Shown here piece after piece: positions 11,940 through 23,300 of a stretch of 62,093 nt of DNA (positions within the stretch are counted from its first letter, which is position 1; each line of letters opens with the position of its first letter). The notes under the pieces are model-generated. The model was given only the letters and a program-made list of their open reading frames with translations, searched no databases and was not told the DNA's origin. The DNA lies in contig JAXLNO010000211.1 of NCBI GenBank assembly GCA_038087875.1, forward strand, positions 1 to 62,093, in the 5' to 3' direction. Made by a program: the position numbers and the translations under genes. The DNA is from Malacoraja senta (Eukaryota).

Positions 11940-14373
11940 GATCAATTGGCGGCGCTGTCGTACAGCAGCGGCTCGCCTGCAGTCCGTCTGTTTTTACTTT
12001 TTTTGTTGTTTTCTTTTGTCCTGTTTTAGTTAAATTTTAGTTTATTGGGTTGTGTATGTGTGGGGTGGGGGGGTGAAACATGACTTTTGTCTCTTCCTTC
12101 GGGGGAATGCGACTTTTTCTTGTCGTATCCCCCTTCTCTGCCTCCGTCTGCGCTGAGGCCTAATGGCGGAGCTGCCGGCCTCCAACTCCAACTGCGAGTG
12201 ACCGACTGACCCCGAAACACTAACAGGGCACTTGGATAAACATGACTTCATCGGACAGAACCAGCATGGTTTTGTGAAGGGGAAGTCCTGTTTAGCGAAT
12301 CTGCTCGAATTCTTTGAGGAAGTAACAACCCGGGTGGATAAAGGGGAACCGGTGGATGTGGTATACTTGGACTTCCAAAAGGCTTTTGACAAGGTGCCAC
12401 ATAAGAGACTATTGCTAAAAATAAAAAATTATGGGATTGGGGGTAATATATTAGCATGGGTAGAGGATTGGCTAACAAATAGGAAGCAGAGAGTGGGGAT
12501 AAATGGTTCATACTCGGGATGGCAACCGGTAACTAGCGGGGTTCCGCAAGGGTCGGTGCTGGGACCCCAGTTGTTCACAATTTATATAAATGATTTGGAG
12601 GAGGGAACCAAGTGTAATATATCAAAATTTGCGGACGATACAAAAATGGGAGGAAAAGTAGGGGATGAGGAGGATAGGAAGAGTCTGCAAAAGGATATAG
12701 ATAAGCTAGGTGAGTGGGCAACAACTTGGCAGATGAAATTTAATACTAATAAATGTGAAGTCATTCACTTTGGGAAAAAAAATGATAGGGCAAGTTATTT
12801 TCTAAATGAGGTGGAGCTGCGTTGTAATGCAACGCAAAGGGATCCAGGGGTAGTAGTACATGAATCACTAAAAGTTAGTATGCAGGTGCAGCAAGCAATC
12901 AGGAAGGCCAATGGAGTTTTGGCCTTTATTGCTAGGGGGATTGAGTATAAAAACACGGAGGTCTTGCTGCAGCTGTACACAGTATTAGTGAGACCACATT
13001 TGGAATACTGTGTACAGTTCTGGGGTCCATACTTAAGAAAGGATGTACTGGCCCTGGAGGCAGTGCAGCGAAGGTTTACAAGATTAATTCCTGCAATGAG
13101 GGGATTGACATATGAGGAAAGGTTAAGTAGGCTGGAACTCTACTCTTTGGAGTTTAGAAGAATGTGAGGCGATCTCATTGAAACATATAAGATCGTGAGG
13201 GGCCTTGATCGGGTGGATGCACCGAGGATGTTCCCAATGATCGGGGAAACTAGAACTAGGGGACATAGTTGTAGAATAAGAGGGGGCTCTTTTAAAACTG
13301 AGATGAGGAAGAACTTCTTCACCCAGAGGGTGGTTAATTTATGGAATTCACTGCCCCAGGGAGCAGTGGAAGCAGAAACATTAAATATATTTAAGTCTAA
13401 AATAGATGGTTTTTTAGCTGCCAAGGGGATAAGGGGCTACGGGGAGAGGGCAGGGATATGGACCTAGGTATGGTTAGTATAGTAAGACCTGAGTGATCTC
13501 CTGGACAAGTGTCGATCGCCTGGATTGGGGTCGGAGAGGAATTTCCCGGATTTTTTTCCCGAATTGGACCTGGGTTTTTATCCGGTTTTTTGCCTCCCCC
13601 AGGAGATCACGCGGTTCTTGGGGTGGAGAGGGGTGATAGCGATATAAAGGGGAGGGTAGTGTCTTGTGTTCTGTGTCTTGTGTCTACTGTTTGTGGGTAA
13701 GGGTGTCTGTTTAGTGTTCAGCCATGAGCGAATGGCGGTGCGGGCTCGATGGGCCTGGTGGTCTACTCTCGCACCTACTTTCTATGTTTCTATGACCTCG
13801 AGGCTCCGGAGGCAGAGCCAGGACTTACCAGCGCGGGGCTGGCCAACTTCGGGGCTGCGGTGGCGTTCCGGCGGTGGCGACCGAGGACACTGGTGGCGAC
13901 CTGAATCCGGAGGCTCGGCCGCGGGCCCAGTGGACGACATCGTCGGGAGCTTGCAGGTGACAGGTGGGTGACCTGTTTTTTCTGGGGCTCCCGCAACTAC
14001 AGCTGCGTCCGCTGGACTGGAGGGCGGCAGCTTCGGCAGCTTTGACCACCCCGGGCCGCGGAGTTTGAGCCGGCCCGTCGCGGAGCACGGATTCGGCCGC
14101 GGGACTGACTTACCATCGCCCGGCGGGGTCACAGCATGAGAAGCCTGGATCGCCTCAGCGCAGAGGGAGAACAAAGCGGGAAGAGACAGAGACTTTAAGA
14201 CTTTTGCCTCCATCACAGTGAGGAGGTGCCTGGTGAACTCACTGTGGTGGATGTTAATTTGTGTTTATTGTGTGTTTTGTCATTTATTATTATATGCATG
14301 ACTGCAGGCAACGAAATTTCGTTCAGACCGAAAGGTCTGAATGACAAATAAAGGAATCTCTCTCTCTCTCTCT
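11940..14373 (+). mobile_element. GC-rich non-autonomous retroelement with a Rex1-like 3' tail, split by a CR1 insertion
   Basis: CpG-rich halves at 11940-12215 and 13793-14373; 3' hairpin ttcagacc-gaaa-ggtctgaa followed by tgacaaataaa and (tc)n. Confidence 0.6.
12216..13792 (+). mobile_element. 5'-truncated CR1 LINE (RT region; subfamily with a long 3' UTR)
   Basis: ORFs 12232-13167 and 13195-13467 separated by one TGA; LDFQKAFD, GVPQGSVLGP, FADD; ctatgtttctatg tail. Confidence 0.95.
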
Positions 14374-15009
14374 AATTGACAGTTACATGGATAGGACAGG
14401 TTTGGAGGGATATGGACCAAACGCAGGCAGGTGGGACTAGTGTAGCTGGGACATGTTGGTGGGTGTGGGCGAGTTGGATGAAGGGTCTGTTTCCACATTG
14501 TATCACTATGATTCTAATTCATCCAGCACTCATAGTTCACAAGAGGAAATAACTAATCATTTGGTAAGCTGCATCTAATCAAACGTAGCCAACATGGTTT
14601 AATGAAAATCATGTGTGAGAAAACTTGACAGGATGTGATAGGGAGTTGATAAGGGAAACCTGTAAATGTAGTAGGAAGGAACTGCAAATGCTGATTTAAA
14701 CCAAAGATAGACACAATAAGCTGGAGTAATTTAGCGGCTCAGATAGCATCTCTGGAGAAAAGGACTTTTCTATTTGTTTTCTCCAGAGATGCTGTCTGAC
14801 CCGCTGGGTTACTGCAGCTTTTAGTGTCGATCTCCTGTAAATGTAGTGTGTATTTAGATCTCCAAAAGGCATTTGCCACATATGAGGCTGCTGCAAAAAA
14901 ATGAAGAGCCCAAGATATTGGAGGAAGTGTGCTAACATGGACTGAAAGGTGGCAGTCATATAGAAAAAAAAGTTAGAATAAATGCGTGAAATCTGCAGAT
15001 GGAATAAAT

Positions 15010-15770
15010 CTGAAAAACAAAATGCTGGGAGCACTCGGGTCAGGCTGCATCTGTAGCCAGAGAAACAGAATTAATGTTTCAAGTCAAAGACCCTTGGTCA
15101 GAACTGGGGAGACGACAAAATAAACTTGTAAAGCTGCACAGGTGGGTGGATGACTCTGGTAGTGTCAAACCAGGTGACCATGGGGATAAGCTGCACACAA
15201 AGTTATCTGGTCAAGGAGCGAATAGGAGCGGTAAGGTGAAAAGACAAATAGACAAAGATCGTAGCAGTTGCAAAATGCAGAGCAAGAAGACATGTCTAGG
15301 AAGGAACGGCAGATGCTGGTTTAAACCGAAGATAGACAACGGGACAGGCTGCATCTCTGGAGAGAAGGAATGGGTGACGTTTCAGGTGGAGACGCTGTTC
15401 AGACAAGACATGTCTGGCAGGTCAGCATGGACATGCCCTCCACTTTTGGATAGAGATTTTAAAGAAACAATCCAACCCAATTATCACAAATGGACAACTG
15501 ATACTAACAGAGGAATCAAGTTACCCAAGATTATCAAATTCCGTTCAAGCCCAGAGGACTGCCATGAGCCCAAATGGAAGGTGAGATGCCATTCCTCAAG
15601 ATGCTTTGAGCTTCATTGCAACAGTGCAGGAAGTCACAGACTGGTCAGTCACTCCCACATCCAAGAGTCAGAATGAGATAACAGGAAGCTCAGGAGTGCC
15701 CCTTGGATTGAACCCAATGCCTGTTTGGTTTCTCCAATGTTGAGGACACCACGTCGTGAACACAGGGAAA
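15010..15770 (-). mobile_element. Penelope-like element relic: GIY-YIG endonuclease remnant plus terminal repeat with a decayed hammerhead
   Basis: CSRRGVLNIGETKQALG (compare CSRCGLLYIGETKRRL) and LEEWHLTFHLGSWQSSGL (compare LEEQHLIFRLGSLQPSG.N); then cagtt-ctgacca-agggtc...gactt-gaaacatt-aattctg at 15105-15065. Confidence 0.7.
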
Positions 15771-15989
15771 GGAGCAGAGGGGGGAAAGGAGAGACAGTGA
15801 GAGAAAGGGAAGAACACAGTAGAGAGGGAGGGGGAGAGTGGGAGTTGAGTGTTAAAGAAGGGGAGGGAAGAGGGCAAGATACTTTCCACACTTTCCTCTT
15901 CACCTCAATCTCTTTCATCATCGCCAAGGCAAGTTTTGCTAAGTTTTGGCATTTTACAGTTAAATAAAAAACTATTTGGGAAAACTTAC

Positions 15990-16145
15990 ATCAGTCATAT
16001 TTTAATTCTGATTTCCAGAGCTTGCATGTTGGAGTCCATGTCCTTCTGTGCTGCACGTGCAGCCTGCAGCTCCAGCCGTGTCTGGCTGAGCTGCTCCTCC
16101 AGCAGCACCAGTGCAGTCAGTAGCTGCTTCTGTTCATCTGTCAAC
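15990..16145 (-). CDS. SUN1/SUN2-like gene, coiled-coil exon with an apparent 1-nt deletion near 16000
   Basis: taatatag|G TTG ACA GAT GAA...; LTDEQKQLLTALVLLEEQLSQTRLELQAARAAQKDMDSNMQALEIRIK, then TGA 5 nt before a gtaag donor; adding one A restores NMTD and phase 0. Confidence 0.75.
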
Positions 16146-16437
16146 CTATATTAATAATAATCAATATAATTTTATTAGCCAAGTATGTATACATACAAGA
16201 ACTTGCTTTGATGCTTTGCTTGCAAGGATAAAAACATGATATACAGTAGACAATTAAAAATAAAACTTTATAATTTAAACATGTGGAAATAAAGTACCAG
16301 AATAAAAAGAGGCTACAGATTTTTGGCTGTTGAGTAGAGCTACTGCTCGTGGAAAAATACTGTTTTTATGTCTGGCTGTGGCCCAGACCAAATCTGTCCT
16401 ATACAGGACAAAGCAAGTCATCAGGGTGCAGGAGCAG

Positions 16438-16585
16438 AGGCAGCACGGTGATGCAGAGTAGAGCTACGGCCTTACAGCGCCAGAGACCCGGGTTCAATCC
16501 TGACTACCGGTGTAAGGGTGATCATTGGTCTGCACGGACTCGGTGGGCCGAAGGGCGTGTTTCCACACTGTACCTCCAAACTGAA
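16438..16585 (+). mobile_element. tRNA-derived HE1-type SINE, internally deleted
   Basis: A/B-box head with ggttcaatcc and a CR1-like tail; related copies at about 2765-2885, 17455-17570, 28905-29218 and 53030-54300. Confidence 0.75.
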
Positions 16586-16942
16586 AACAACGTTGACCGG
16601 TTTCACGCAGCAACCGACGAAGCCCCCCTCCCCAGGTCTACTGCTACTCCACTCATGGCTGGAAACACACAACATCAGCGTTATACTGCTCACAGCTCAG
16701 CCACAGGCAAACCTGCTGCCGTGCCACACCCCAGGGGCATCTTGATGCATCTGCAGATACTGTAGCTGACAACATCAACACCAAAACATTTGTGGCGTGA
16801 TGACACTGATATGACGCCGGCAGTCACCGAAAAAATTGCCAAGTGGGACAGGCCCTTAAATGAGTTATTTATCTCTATCGTTGTGAGCAGTTGATGCAGT
16901 CTGGAAACTGCCGCAGCGCAGCTCTGCACCTTTCCACAGCAC

Positions 16943-16986
16943 CTTTCCACAGCAGATTCCATTTCCTTCACCTTCTGCAACAACAT
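16943..16986 (-). CDS. SUN1/SUN2-like gene, short coiled-coil exon
   Basis: tttctattcctag|ATG TTG TTG CAG AAG...GAA AG|gtgctg; MLLQKVKEMESAVE(R); phase-2 end matches the next exon; donor is weak. Confidence 0.65.
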
Positions 16987-17569
16987 CTAGGAATAGAAAT
17001 TAAAAACAAAGTTTATTTTCAAGTTTGGAGGCTTTTTAATTCTACTCAGTTACTTATTTCACAACATACACGTCAAATTTACAAATATGTAATGCAGAAA
17101 AGTCACTTTTCCATACTTCATATTTCCTTTTGACATAGGCCATTTCAGCCCATCAAATCAATGCCAGCTCTCAGAGAATCCCAGTCCTTAACAAATTCTC
17201 CTTGAAACTAATTCCTCACAAATTCCCATCAATTTCCCGCAGAATCCACCATTCAATTGAAAGCAAACTTCACTGAACTGTAGCAGCTTAACACCCAGAG
17301 GATGGGAAATGCAGGGAATTCTCTGCCCAAGTGGCTACGGAGACCAGACTTGAGACCAGTTCAACACCGAGATGACTGGCCTTAATATTACGGAATTGAG
17401 AGTATGGCCTTAAATGGTGCCGAGATAAATGGTCTGACTGAAAGGCAGAGCAGCTGAGGGGCAGCATGGTGGAACCAGAGGCCCAGGTTCGATCCCGACT
17501 ACGGGTGCTATCTGTACGGAGTTTGTACATTCTCCCCGTGACCTGCGTGGACGTTCTCCAGGTGCTCCG

Positions 17570-19360
17570 GCTTTGGTAAGAAAACGCTAAAGCCGCCTTT
17601 GGTTTGAAAACAGCTAAAGCTGCCTTTGGTTTGAAAACAGCTAAAGCTGTCTCGTTTGAAAACGCTAATGCTGCCTATGGTTTGAAAACGCTAAAGTTGC
17701 CTAAGGTTTGAAAACGCTATGTAGACAAAAGTGCTGGAGAAACTCAGCGGGTGCAGCAGCATCTATGGAGCGAAGGAAATGGGCAACATTCCAAAACGCT
17801 ATCGTTGCCTAAGGTTTGAAAGCGCTAAAGTTGCCTTTGGTTTCTATTACTGGGCGATTAATATCAAAAACGTAATCTACTGGATGGATGACACATGCCA
17901 ACAGGTAAACTGGTTAAAAATGGAGAGGGAAGATTGTTTGCCTTTTAATATAGGCGCAATTCTTCTTTCTCCAACACATCTGAATAAATCAATGTATGAG
18001 CAAAATCCGATAATCCACAGTACCCTACGCATTTGGAAACAGTTGAAATCAAACCTCAAACTGAGAAATTTCTCTCTCCTTTTACCAATCGCTAATAAAC
18101 CCTCGTTTAAACCATCTACTTTAGATAAGGCGTTTGCACAATGGAAAAACTCAGGAATTAAAACGGTGGGAGATCTTTACGAGAAGGGGATTTTCCTCTT
18201 GTTTCAAGAATTACAGGAGAAATATCACTTGAAAGCAAGTAATTCTTTCAGATATCTTCAAATCCGAGACTATGTGAAAACATATACTCAAGACTGTCAC
18301 TCTATGGATCCAGATATACTAGTTGACTGCATGAATAGACATGTTGATACAAGCAAGTTAACATCCTACATTTACAATACTCTTTTAACTGCATACATCC
18401 CATCTTCTGAGAGGCATAGGCGAACATGGGAAGACAAATTGGGTTTATTAATTTCAAAAGATAGCTGGGAGGAAAGCCTTCTATACATACACTACTGCTC
18501 TCTCAATGTTCGGCACTGCCTGATACAATTTAAAATACTGCATAGACTCTACTATTCAAAGACCAAATTAAACAAGATCTTCCCAAATGTCTCTCCTATT
18601 TGTGATAAATGTCTCCTCCAAAAAGCGACTATAACCCATTCATTTGCCTCCTGTATAAAGTTACAAAACTTCTGGAGGGGAATATTTGATATCTTCTCCA
18701 AAATACTTAACATTAAATTGGAACCAGATATAAAACGGATCACTTTAGGTATGTCAGATGCCTGCTCTAAATTAACGATATTCCAAAGACGTTTCCTCAA
18801 CTATGGCCTAATAACGGCGAAAAAATTAATACTCAAATTCTGGAAACAGATAACAGTCCCTACAGTGAAGATGTGGATTACTGATAAGTCCGATACATTA
18901 CATTTGGAAAATATTAGGCTTGTCTTGGCGGCAAAAGCAGATCAATTTCTTAAGACATGGTTCCCTTTTACTGAATTTCTGCAGCAACAGAATGGTTAAA
19001 CACAAATTCAAACCTGATGCCAGGGATAGGTGAGGGGGGAAGGTATATTTCCATCTTTTTTTTTCTTATTTCTTTTCTTTTCTCTTGCACTTCTTTGGTA
19101 CCTTAGGGTCTATTTTCTAGCTTGTTCTTATTTTACATCTCTTTCGTCATTCTTTTCTTTTTTTTCTCTTTTTTTTCGATTTAGGTTCTAACGTTCAAAA
19201 TGAAGCTGTACAATAATTGTATAAGTGTTATGTTGATTGCCTTATCCTTGTACAATCGCTTCTAATAAAAGAAATTCAAAAATAAAAAAACCCGCTAAAG
19301 CTGCCTTTGGTTTCAAACTGCTAAAGCTGCCTTTGGTTTCAAAATGCTAAAGCCGCCTTT
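17570..19360. repeat. About 27-bp minisatellite (ggtttgaaaacgctaaagctgcctt) interrupted by a Penelope-derived repeat piece and an L1
   Basis: Units at 17570-17720, 17790-17844 and 19292-19360. Confidence 0.85.
17845..19290 (+). mobile_element. 5'-truncated L1 LINE (ORF2 C-terminus, 3' UTR, poly-A)
   Basis: Open frame to 18999 with YYWA, YLQIRDY, QFKILHRLY and CDKC..H...C; aataaa followed by an A tail. Confidence 0.92.
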
Positions 19361-20308
19361 AGACAATAGATAATAGACAAGAGACAATAGGTGCAGGAGT
19401 AGGCCATTTGGCCCTTCGAGCCAGCACCGCCATTCAATGTGATCATGGCTGATCATCCCCAATCAGTACCCCGTTCCTGCCTTCTCCCCATATCCCTTGA
19501 CTCAGCTATTTTTATGAGCCCTATCTAGCTCTCTCTTGAAAGCATCCAGAGAAACTGCCTCTACCACCCTCTGAGGCAGAGAATTCCACAGGCTCACCAC
19601 TCTCTGTGATAAATAGTGTTTCCTCGTCTCCGTTCAAATGGCTAACTCCTTATTCTTAAACTGTGGCTTTTGGACTCCCCCAACATCGGGAACATGTTTC
19701 CTGCCTCTAGCATGTCCCCCAAGCCCTTAACAATCTTATATGTTTCAATGAGATCCCCTCTCTTCCTTCTAAACTCCAGAGTGTACAAGCCCAGCTGCTC
19801 CATTCTCTCAGCATATGACAGTCCCGCCATCCCGGGAATTAACCTTGTAACCTAACGCTGCACTCCCTCAATAGCAAGAATGTCCTTCCTCAAATTAGGG
19901 GACCAAAACTGCACACAATACTCCAGGTGTGGTCTCACTAGGGCTCTGTACAACTGCAGAAGGACCTCTTTGCTCCTATATTCGATTCCTCTTGTTATAA
20001 AGGCCAACATGCCATTCGCTTTCTTCACTGCCTGCTGTACCTGCATGCATACTTTCATAGACTGATGTACAAGGACCCCCAGATCCCGTTGTACTTCCTT
20101 TTCCCAACTTGATGCCATTTAGACAGTAATCTGCTTTCCTGTTTTTGCTACCAAAGTGCGTAACCTCACATTTATCCGCATTAAACTTCATCTGCCATGC
20201 ATCTGCCCACTCCTCCAACCTGTCGAAGTCACCCTGCATTCTCATAGCATCCTCCTCACAGTTCACACTGCCACCCATCTTTGTGTCATCTGCAAATTTG
20301 CTAATGTT
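19361..20308 (-). mobile_element. CR1 3' fragment with (agacaat)n tail
   Basis: RT C-terminal ORF pieces (SKFADDTK, VRPHLEYCVQFWSP). Confidence 0.9.
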
Positions 20309-23300
20309 AGAAACATAGAAACATAGAAAATAGGTACAGGAGGAGGCCATTTGGCCCTTTGAGCCAGCACCGCCATTCATTGTGATCATGTCCTCTATCA
20401 ATAACCCGTGCCTGCCTTCTCCCCATATCCCTTGACTCCACTAGCCCCTAGAGCTCTATCTAACTCTCTCTTAAATCCATCTAGTGACTTGGCCTCCACT
20501 GCCCTCTGTGACAGGGAATTCCATAAATTCACAACTCTCTGGGTGAAAACGTTTTTCTCACCTCAGTCTTAAATGACCTCCCCTTTATTCTAAGACTGTG
20601 GCCCCCTGTTTCTGGACTCGCCCAACATTGGGAATATTTTTCCTGCATCTTGCTTGTCCAGTCCTTTTATAATGTTATATGTTTCTATAAGATATCCCCT
20701 CATCCTTCTAAACTCTAGTGAATACAAGCCTAGTCTTTTCAATCTTTCCTCATATGACAATCCCGCCATCCCAGGGATCAATCTCTTGAATCTACGCTGC
20801 ACTGCCTCAATCACAAGGATGTCCTTCCTCAAATTAGGAGACCAAAACTGTACACAATACTCCAGATGTGGTCTCACCAGAGCCCTATACAACTGCAGAA
20901 GAACCTCTCTACTCCTGTACTGAAATCCTCTTGTTGTGAAGGCCACCATTCCTTTAGTTTTCTTCACTGCCTGCTGTACCTGTAAGCCAACTTTCAGTGA
21001 CCAGTGTACAAGGACGCCCAGGTCTCGCTGCACCTCCCCCTTACTTAACCTAACCCCATTGAGATAATAATCTGCCCCCTTGTTTTTGCTGCCAAAGTGG
21101 ATAACCTCACATTTATCTATATTATACTGCATCTGCCACGCATCTGCCCACTCACTCAACCTGTCCAGGTCACCCTGCAACCTCCTAACATCCTCTTCAC
21201 AGTTCACACTGCCACCCAGCTATGTGTCATACGCAAACTTGCTAGTGTTGCTCCTAATTCCCTCTTCCAAATCATTAATATATATGGTAAACAATTGCGG
21301 CCCCAACACCGAGCCTTGCGGCCAGTGGCGGACTGGCCAGGGTGTCAGCTTGCCCGATGGCAAGTGGGCCCCTGATGAAGTGGGCCCCCCCCCCCCCCTA
21401 TATCAAATAAAAATGCAATAAAGAAACAAATACAGACAACTGTTTTAGTAATAAAAAGGAATAAGATGTATCTGGCAGCTAGAATTACACTGAAAGTTTA
21501 ATTTTAAAAAATATCCACGGTATCAACAGGGACGAACTACTTTGGAGTTAAAATTAGTCACAAACATTTACATTCATTCAATCTCACAGGACTTATCTTA
21601 TAATAATTACTTACCTTTTTACTCTGATTTTACCGCTCCAGTGTGATTTTTAATTCTTTGAAAAGGTTCTCCCAATACTTAAAAGACACAAAATAATAAT
21701 ATACTCCCAAAAAATTTTGGTTGGCAAGTCAGAAAATTTTGTATCAAAGATTTGTCTGTATTTTTGTCACACACACTTGAAAAGCCTCAGCCTGCCCCCC
21801 CCCCCCCCTCTTATTGAAGAGATTTTTTTAATTTTGAGTTTTTGTATATGTATAAAAGATCATTGTTGCATATAACTTCTTGTTGCATCATTCACCAGGC
21901 GGCCAGACGTGGCGTGGATCCTTTACCATTCTTTTTATATAGTTTTTCAAGTTTCGTAAAAAAAAATTATCGGTAAACAATATCCAAATTCAGCTACATG
22001 AGAGTTCAAATTTAGATATTAGAAAAACATAATTGTTACACCAGGGTAGGCTCCAGTTATCCGTAGTAATTATCTGGTTATCAGTGACTGCATTGAAAAT
22101 ATTATATGAAAAGTTAATGAAGCCTGTTCTTCAGCATATGTGCTTAAACATAATTTATTGTTAAAGCTATGTGAGAGGTATTATCAATATTCAGGATTTT
22201 TTCATATATATATTCTTGTGAATCATTGTTCTCAGTGATGAACTTTAAGTAACGTAATAGTAGTAGCCTTACGGATGAAACCAGTAGTGCTTGCATATCT
22301 CTCAAGGTTAACAAATATAAACCGGATATAAAATATGCGTCATCAGCGATGCAGCAGCAGAAGTCTCATTGATGCTAAATGTATAAAACGTCCACAATTA
22401 TTATTGGGTATGTGCTTAAAGGTATTATCTGTGAGTGACTACTTTCAGTTGTGCCAAGTAATGGTGGTACAGGACAGGGACTTTTTGATCTATTGATTGA
22501 AACATTACAGCATCTTAAAATTGACCCCCAAAAATGTTTATCTGATAGCACAGATGGCGCTGCAAGCTACCATGGCCAGTGTAATGGTTTACAAAGTAAA
22601 ATTGCTGATGTGGCTGATCAACATGTTCATATACAATACAATACAATACGGTTTTATTCGTCACATTGCACATAAAGTGCAAGTGAAATGGTGCTATGCG
22701 CATGTCTTGAATTTGGTGATAACTGAAACCACAAAATGTTTTGTGCCTGCAGTTTCTTTTTTCAATTTGCTCCAGAATATAGCAACTTTTGTGAAAGCAT
22801 CATACAAGAGAATGGCTGTATGGATAGAAGTTGTTGGAAAACATCTAGGACAAGAAAAAATGAAACGATTACAGCTAATTGGTGAGACCAGATGGTCAGG
22901 AAAATTCAATGCAGCAACAACTATATTTGGACGTTTTGATGATGCCGCTGCCAGTACTTTTGTAAATCTATTGACATGATTATCAATGATACAAGATTCA
23001 GAAAAGTTTGATGGAAAAACAAAACATGAAGCAAATGTTTTACTTCAAAGTCTTCTAAAGTTTGAAACCATATTGACAGCATTTATTTACTTGTATATAT
23101 TTGGAACAGACAAGAACATTTAATAACGTTCACAGCAAGGCTTTGGAATTTGTAAAGAAATGTAATGACAGGATTTCACAGATTAATATGGATGAAAATC
23201 AAACATTGGAAATTGATGCGTTGGAAACAGCATTGCCAGTTAAGAGGCAGAGGAAGAAGAAAAGAATGGCAGATGAGCTTATTGATGATGAAAGAAATTC

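Noticed and set aside
16438..16510. tRNA genes (also near 17460, 29150 and 53035)
   Set aside because: A/B boxes run into SINE bodies; no cloverleaf
16925..16942. Duplicated 13-nt second splice donor (GGAAAG|gtgcag)
   Set aside because: A phase-0 join puts the next exon into GTT GAC AGA TGA, an immediate stop
17731..18999. 422-aa ORF as a novel gene
   Set aside because: Chance GTG-started fusion of a repeat fragment, the minisatellite and an L1 ORF2 C-terminus
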